Positions 15,168 to 19,080 of a stretch of DNA of 19,080 nt are shown here, in pieces; the stretch's first letter is position 1; every line of letters begins with the position of its first letter. A model generated the notes under the pieces. It did not search any database. It had not been told where the DNA came from and was given only the letters and a program-made list of their open reading frames with translations. The translations under genes and the position numbers were made by a program. The DNA is from an uncultured Actinomycetota bacterium (GTDB lineage Bacteria; Actinomycetota; Geothermincolia; Geothermincolales; RBG-13-55-18): positions 1 to 19,080 of the forward strand of contig CAZQFX010000041.1 of NCBI GenBank assembly GCA_964592775.1. Direction: 5' to 3'.

Positions 15168-15201
15168 TGGGGCCAGTCACCCATGTCGCGCGGCCGCGAC
15201 A
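15168..15201 (+). repeat. Copy 2 of the 34-nt hairpin-containing direct repeat
   Basis: 31/34 identity to 2825-2858. Here the hairpin GTCGCG-CGGC-CGCGAC is perfect. It lies 67 nt downstream of the pilB stop in a 294-nt gene-free convergent region. Patchy similarity to the exonuclease 5' end continues for about 60 nt (GGCGGCA...ATAGT...GAGC.GTGT). Confidence 0.85.
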
Positions 15202-15394
15202 CCACGGTGTATGAAAACCCTCGGCGACTGGCGGCACAACATAGTATTTGAGCGTGTATTTTCAGAACAGGCCTTGGCGGCCATAACTAACGGTTCGGGA
15301 CAAATACAGTGGCGGGTCGCCAGGGACAATACTTGAGGCCTGACCCCACCCCGCGGGGCGGAGATCGTGCGCTGGTCTGAAGTGCTGGGGTTAT

Positions 15395-15736
15395 CTATAT
15401 GGAGTTGATGGCTTCGTCCAAGTCGTCGTAGAACTCTATGATCCTCTCGAACTGCACCACTTCGAAGAGCTCTTTCACCGTTTCCGAAGTCCGGGCGGCG
15501 ACCAGCTTGCCTCCCAACCTGTCGGCCTTCTTGTGGGCGTCGATGATCACCGAGAGACCACCGGAAGAAAGATAGCTCGTATACTCGAGGTCCAGGACGA
15601 TGCGGGAGATGCCTTTCTTTAAGACGGCGTTGATGAGGCCGAAGAACTGGTCCACGTTGGTCGAGTCCACCACGCCTTCCAGCTCGACCACGGCTTTCCG
15701 TTCTTCCTCGCCGATCTCTCTAACCCTCCAGGCCAC
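15395..15736 (-). CDS. STAS-domain protein (anti-sigma-factor-antagonist / SpoIIAA-like)
   Basis: Lies in ORF 15395-15778. Start moved to GTG 15736 (AAGGAGG with a 6-nt spacer), which removes an implausible poly-Arg leader. STAS features: VVELEGVVDSTNVDQF, RIVLDLEYTSYLSSGGLSVII (Ser in the phosphorylatable position), and KLVAARTSETVKELFEVVQFERIIEFYDDLDEA. It overlaps the upstream gene by 17 nt. Confidence 0.85.
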   Translation of the reverse strand: MAWRVREIGEEERKAVVELEGVVDSTNVDQFFGLINAVLKKGISRIVLDLEYTSYLSSGGLSVIIDAHKKADRLGGKLVAARTSETVKELFEVVQFERIIEFYDDLDEAINSI

Positions 15737-17084
15737 GGCTCGCCTCCTTCTCCTCCGGCGTCCTGCCCCGGATGGCATGCCAGAACTGGACTAAGATCTC
15801 GGGGATGGGAGGCAGGCCGAACCCGATGATGAAGGCGGAGAACGTCGGCAACAGAAGGATGAGGATGAATCCGGCGGGGAACATCGCTTTCATCACGTTC
15901 TCCATTATCTCGGCTCCGTTCTCCCACAGGAATTTGAAGGAGACGAGGTCGAAGAAGATGGTGCGCAGCGCTTTGTTCTCCAACACGATCAGGAACCAGT
16001 GCAGGAACTCCCCGATGAAGAGGGCGAAGAAAGTGGTAAGCGCGGCTTGAACCGCCAGTTTCGTGCTGTGCTTCTTCCCCGCCTTCCACCAGAAAGCGAT
16101 TCCGATGGCGATCCCTATGACGATGGCCAGTATCCCGTATTCCATGTCCTTGGGGATGGCGTATACGTTGATCAGCGCCCATATCGCCGCGCCGCCCAGG
16201 AGCATGAGGGCGATGAATATCGCCGCCCTCCACCAGGACACGGCGATCAGCGTATATTCCGAGGAGCGGGGTTGCGCCAGGAACGACCAGCGCTCCGCAT
16301 CCCTCTCCCTGGGGGCTTTGCCTTCCTTCTTCCGGACCCTGGCCTTCTCCTTCCCGAGCCTTTCCCACCTCACCTCCGCTTCGACCTGGGCGGATACCGC
16401 CCGTTCGGGAGCCGCGGCGGCCCATGCCTCCACAGCCGCGGTCCCCGCCTCCGGTTTGAGGAGCGTGGACATCACGTCCTGCAGCAGGCTGTCATCGGAA
16501 GCGGCGGCCTGCGCGGCGGCGCTTCGTTTCTCCGCCGTGCCGGGCATGACGGTGGTAACGGTCGCCGCGGGTTCCTCTTCAGGCGGTTCTGCTCCGGCGG
16601 CTTCCATTACGGCCCCGGCCTTCTTCGCCACTCGTGACCATCTGCTCATCCGGGAAGTTTCCGTGGTGAGCTGGCTGAAGTCCTCGTCCGGCCCCTGGGA
16701 GAGGAAGTCCTCGTGCGGTGGAGGCGGAGTCTCGACGGCCGGCTTCTTGCGCTTGTCACCATCCCTGCCCTTCTTCCTGCCCTCTCTCCTCGACGCAGGT
16801 GCCGCACGCGCGGCTGTGGCTTCGAACTCATCCTCAGGCGCTGGCGCCGCTTTCCGCTGACGCGGCGTCTCTTCCGGCGTGGTCGACACGGGAGCCGCGC
16901 GCCGTTCTTCCTTCTTCTCCTCGGGTTCCGTGAATTCCCTCGCGATATCGCTCAGCTTGCGGCGGTAGCAGTCGGGACAGAGCGTCGTCTGGTCGGTCTC
17001 ACGCACGCATTCTATGCAGAACTCCGTCCCGCAGTCCTTGCATATCGCCACCACGCGCTTTTCGGGATGCCAAGGGCAGTTCAA
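15720..17084 (-). CDS. Membrane protein with an N-terminal B-box-like double zinc ribbon, a long charged low-complexity linker and a C-terminal multi-TM domain
   Basis: 454-aa ORF. TTG start 17084 with GGAGGTG 5 nt upstream. The N-terminus CPWH-x8-CKDC-x4-CIEC-x9-CPDC provides 8 Cys/His ligands. About 200 aa are E/K/A/P/R-rich. About 5 hydrophobic helices follow (AAIFIALMLLGGAAIWALI, ILAIVIGIAIGIAFWW, ALTTFFALFIGEFLHWFLIVL, FPAGFILILLLPTFSAFIIGFGL). Confidence 0.8.
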   Translation of the reverse strand: MNCPWHPEKRVVAICKDCGTEFCIECVRETDQTTLCPDCYRRKLSDIAREFTEPEEKKEERRAAPVSTTPEETPRQRKAAPAPEDEFEATAARAAPASRREGRKKGRDGDKRKKPAVETPPPPHEDFLSQGPDEDFSQLTTETSRMSRWSRVAKKAGAVMEAAGAEPPEEEPAATVTTVMPGTAEKRSAAAQAAASDDSLLQDVMSTLLKPEAGTAAVEAWAAAAPERAVSAQVEAEVRWERLGKEKARVRKKEGKAPRERDAERWSFLAQPRSSEYTLIAVSWWRAAIFIALMLLGGAAIWALINVYAIPKDMEYGILAIVIGIAIGIAFWWKAGKKHSTKLAVQAALTTFFALFIGEFLHWFLIVLENKALRTIFFDLVSFKFLWENGAEIMENVMKAMFPAGFILILLLPTFSAFIIGFGLPPIPEILVQFWHAIRGRTPEEKEASRGLEG

Positions 17085-17164
17085 ACGTACACCTCCACGT
17101 CGACGTTCAACCCATATGATCTACTGTCGGCCTGTCTGGATAATATTTTAACCCACATGGTTCT

Positions 17165-17208
17165 TCCGCCATAAGCGCGGTAACTATGGAGCCTCTCTCC
17201 GCCATAAG
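17165..17208. repeat. 11-nt direct repeat TCCGCCATAAG x2 upstream of the zinc-ribbon/STAS operon
   Basis: Exact copies at 17165-17175 and 17198-17208, with a 33-nt register (about 3 helical turns), 80-125 nt upstream of the TTG start at 17084. Confidence 0.5.
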
Positions 17209-17253
17209 GGTTCACGGTCCATCCCGGCAGCCCTATTTACGCTCTTTCTCCCT

Positions 17254-18081
17254 TTACATCCCCATATAGAGGTCGTTTATCTCCAGTTCCACCTTCTCCA
17301 CCAGCGGATCGATCCCGGTGATCTTCAGACTCTCATATAAGCTCTCCACGCAGGGGATATATCCCGCCATCAGCTCCTGCATGCGCAAGAAGTCCGGGTT
17401 TTCCTCCATGTTCACATTCGGGGCCTGTCCGGTAACGACGGCGATAAGGTCGCCGACCAGTTTGCGCAAGATCGAGAGCATCTCGGCAAACAACGTCCCG
17501 TACTCCTCCAGCGGCAAAGGGGCTTCGACCTCCACCAGCTCAGGCAGGGAGGCATCCAGTGCAGCCTCCAGCCGCCTCAGCCGTTCCAGCCACTCTGCTG
17601 CACTGCGCGGTGCCTCGAGCTGGGTTATCACGGCCTCCTCGCGCAGGATCGGCTCGATTGCCCGCAGTATGCCCTGGAGCCCCGCGAATATGCCCTCCAG
17701 TTCCTCGACCGACTCGACCGCGGCCGTCGAGTACTCGTCCACATACTCTCCCAAGGCCGCCAGGTCTCCTTCATAGCTCAACCCGCGCAGCTCGGCGACG
17801 CTCGCAAGCACTGCCCGGGCGGCATCCCGGCTCCGGTCAAGCGCATCGAGGGTGTCCTCGAGGAACCCCGCGTTCTCGAAATCGAACTCCTCCAGGGCAG
17901 CCACGAATGCCGTGGTCTCAGCCATCCGCGAGGCTCCCGCGCGAAACGCCTCGTCCACCCGCTCGATCTTCTCCCGTGAAGCCCCTCCGCCGCAGCCCCA
18001 GGCAAACAACGCCATCCCCATGCATGCCGCGAGCGCCATGGCGGTGGCAAAGATGGCTCTATTCCGGTTGATGGTCTTCAT
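17254..18081 (-). CDS. Hypothetical acidic all-helical lipoprotein
   Basis: 275-aa ORF. Signal peptide MKTINRNRAIFATAMALAACMGMALFAWGCGGG with a Cys in lipobox-like position. The rest is E/A/L-rich, with no motif I recognise. A TTGCGC-16 nt-TATATT promoter candidate lies on the minus strand (plus 18162-18189). Confidence 0.75.
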   Translation of the reverse strand: MKTINRNRAIFATAMALAACMGMALFAWGCGGGASREKIERVDEAFRAGASRMAETTAFVAALEEFDFENAGFLEDTLDALDRSRDAARAVLASVAELRGLSYEGDLAALGEYVDEYSTAAVESVEELEGIFAGLQGILRAIEPILREEAVITQLEAPRSAAEWLERLRRLEAALDASLPELVEVEAPLPLEEYGTLFAEMLSILRKLVGDLIAVVTGQAPNVNMEENPDFLRMQELMAGYIPCVESLYESLKITGIDPLVEKVELEINDLYMGM

Positions 18082-18229
18082 CTTACCCTATTGACGCCTG
18101 TCATTTCTCCCCAGTTCCTTCCCCTTCAAGCCAGGTAAATCCTCCCACATGGCGGGACGACAATATAGGCTGGCATGCTGGGAGCGCAACCAGTTCCCGG
18201 TCCCGGGATACCGCCTGCAGATACCGAAA

Positions 18230-18251
18230 GGGCCGGCTCTGGAGCCGGCCC
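18230..18251. terminator. Rho-independent terminator (bidirectional shape) after the repeat-protein gene
   Basis: GGGCCGGCT-ctgg-AGCCGGCCC is a perfect 9-bp GC-rich stem with a 4-nt loop. It is flanked by AAA on the left and TTTT on the right, so both strands read stem plus U-run. It lies 17 nt downstream of the TGA at 18268-18270. Confidence 0.7.
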
Positions 18252-18267
18252 TTTTCGCGGCGCAATA

Positions 18268-18756
18268 TCAATACGGGTTCCAGGGATCGCCGCCGCCGGC
18301 ATCCCACGCGAAGCCCTCTACCTTGGCTCCTATATGGTGGCCGAGGCCCAGCACGTTGAGGTCGGTATGCATGAACAGCACCAACTGGTCGAAGAAGGTG
18401 ATGGGCGCGGTGTTGTTGTCTGCATCCACCCCGGTGGCGTTCAGCGCGTTCACCAGCGCCTGTCCGCGGGCGCTGTTGTCCGGGCCGCCCAGGTTCAGGA
18501 TGAGGTTGGTGATGAAGGCGGGGTTGCCGGCGATGGCTCCCGCCAGGACGTTGGTGTTCAGCGCCCCGATGAGGTTGGTGATAAAGGTGCCGTTTGCGTT
18601 GAGCGCCCCCGCCAGCACCGCCGGGTTGAGGTTCTGTATCAGGCTGGTGAGGAATGCCTGGTTGGTGTTGAGGGCTCCCGCCACGACGATCGGAGACAGG
18701 CTGCCCACCAGGCTGTTTAGGAAGGCTCCGTTGGCGTTGATGGCGGAGGCCAGCAC
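18268..18756 (-). CDS. Distal part of the 23-aa tandem-repeat protein (four repeats plus a unique C-terminal domain), downstream of an in-frame TAG
   Basis: The ORF caller starts it at GTG 18756, which has no SD. The sequence continues the repeat register of the upstream ORF exactly (xVLAxAINANGAFLNSLVGSLSP ...). It ends in a non-repetitive 71-aa domain (PDNSARGQ...GFAWDAGGGDPWNPY). Confidence 0.75.
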   Translation of the reverse strand: MLASAINANGAFLNSLVGSLSPIVVAGALNTNQAFLTSLIQNLNPAVLAGALNANGTFITNLIGALNTNVLAGAIAGNPAFITNLILNLGGPDNSARGQALVNALNATGVDADNNTAPITFFDQLVLFMHTDLNVLGLGHHIGAKVEGFAWDAGGGDPWNPY

Positions 18757-19080
18757 CTAAGGGTTGAGGTTGCCTATGAGGTTGGTCAGGAAGGTCTGGT
18801 TGTTGTTGACGATATAGGCGACCTGCGCGGTGTTCAGCCTCGATACCACGTCGGTCAGCCAGTTCCTCACCGCGTTGGAGTTGAGCACGTTTGCCAGCAC
18901 CTGCGGGTTCATGTTCGTCAACAGGCTGGTCAGGAAGGCCTCGTTGGCGTTGATGGCGTTGGCCAGCACGTTCGGTGACAGGTTCGTGACCATGTTGGTG
19001 ACGAAGGCCTGGTTGTTGTTGACCGCTCCAGCGATCACCGCCGGGTCCAGGAAACCGACGAGGTTGCGGATGAAGGTCCC
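18484..19080 (-). repeat. Degenerate 69-nt (23-codon) tandem repeat array inside a coding region, at least 8 units
   Basis: Consensus unit is about x-V-L-A-x-A-[IL]-N-x-N-x-A-F-[LI]-T-[SN]-L-[IVL]-x-N-L-N-P. Seven units are 23 aa and one is 25 aa. The DNA periodicity is visible because successive 70-nt sequence lines nearly align. Confidence 0.85.
18757..19080 (-). CDS. Proximal part of the 23-aa tandem-repeat protein (5'-partial, open to the window edge), ending at an in-frame TAG
   Basis: The frame stays open from 19080 down to TAG 18757-18759. It reads GTFIRNLVGFLDP AVIAGAVNNNQAFVTNMVTNLSP NVLANAINANEAFLTSLLTNMNP QVLANVLNSNAVRNWLTDVVSRLNT AQVAYIVNNNQTFLTNLIGNLNP-stop. Confidence 0.75.
   Translation of the reverse strand, partial: GTFIRNLVGFLDPAVIAGAVNNNQAFVTNMVTNLSPNVLANAINANEAFLTSLLTNMNPQVLANVLNSNAVRNWLTDVVSRLNTAQVAYIVNNNQTFLTNLIGNLNP

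Noticed and set aside
2858-15168. Calling the repeat-bounded block a bona fide mobile element or genomic island
   Set aside because: No integrase, transposase, conjugation or phage genes and no tRNA target lie inside or next to it, and the repeat copies are imperfect. It is reported as a hypothesis, not annotated as a mobile_element.
15211-15336. 41-codon ORF (MKTLGDWRHNIVFERVFSEQ...) just after repeat copy 2
   Set aside because: It has no SD and is below a sensible size. It is best explained as the decayed duplicate of the exonuclease 5' end (IV..VF similarity) rather than a functional small gene.
15737-15778. Poly-Arg N-terminal extension of the STAS ORF (MPSGAGRRRRRRRA)
   Set aside because: It is an artefact of reading the GGAGGAGAAGGAGG SD region in frame. 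GTG 15736 with AAGGAGG 6 nt upstream gives a normal STAS N-terminus.
15619-16860. Alternative-frame and antisense ORFs (15619-16425 minus, 15999-16637 plus, 16063-16860 plus) across the zinc-ribbon membrane gene
   Set aside because: They are low-complexity Arg/Gly/Pro or Ala/Ser-rich products. The 15720-17084 frame alone yields a zinc ribbon, coherent TM helices and a strong SD.
18757-18759. Pyrrolysine decoding of the in-frame TAG (prompted by the MtbA/MtaA-like gene in the window)
   Set aside because: No pylT/pylS/pylBCD or methylamine methyltransferase gene is visible. The codon aligns with a variable, often Gln, repeat position rather than a conserved catalytic site. It cannot be excluded without the rest of the genome, so it is listed only as a check.
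18484-19080. CRISPR array or non-coding satellite as an explanation for the 69-nt periodicity
   Set aside because: The units are contiguous with no unique spacers, diverge mostly at synonymous or conservative positions, and maintain one open frame with a protein-like heptad/turn pattern. This is a coding tandem repeat.

Overview
GC-rich bacterial chromosomal fragment with GGAGG-type Shine-Dalgarno sites, several GTG/TTG starts and many long spurious antisense ORFs. I support 17 protein-coding genes (one split by an in-frame TAG) and one gene fragment. I saw no rRNA, tRNA, CRISPR, transposase or integrase. The centrepiece is an hgcA-hgcB mercury-methylation pair (6540-7785, minus). A Cys-pair-bearing AbrB/SpoVT-type regulator precedes it on the same strand. 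Across about 0.5 kb of non-coding DNA it faces an MtaA/MtsA-family (URO-D fold, His-Cys-Cys zinc) methylcobamide:thiol methyltransferase that has no cognate corrinoid or MT1 gene in the window. Next come a metallophosphoesterase plus a tandem CxxC/V4R-like protein, a cysteine synthase with a Cys-rich tail, and an orphan PilB/GspE ATPase. This 12.3-kb block, which also holds a truncated DEDD exonuclease, a large secreted alpha/beta hydrolase and a TetR gene, is bracketed by a 34-nt hairpin-containing direct repeat (31/34 identical; 2825-2858 and 15168-15201). The left flank carries gene debris: a frameshifted DUF2961-like fragment and the truncated exonuclease. The right end encodes a STAS protein translationally coupled to a B-box-like zinc-ribbon membrane protein, a helical lipoprotein, and a 5'-partial protein built from 23-aa (69-nt) tandem repeats interrupted by an in-frame amber codon. 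Functional calls rest on motifs I recognise by eye; no database search was run.
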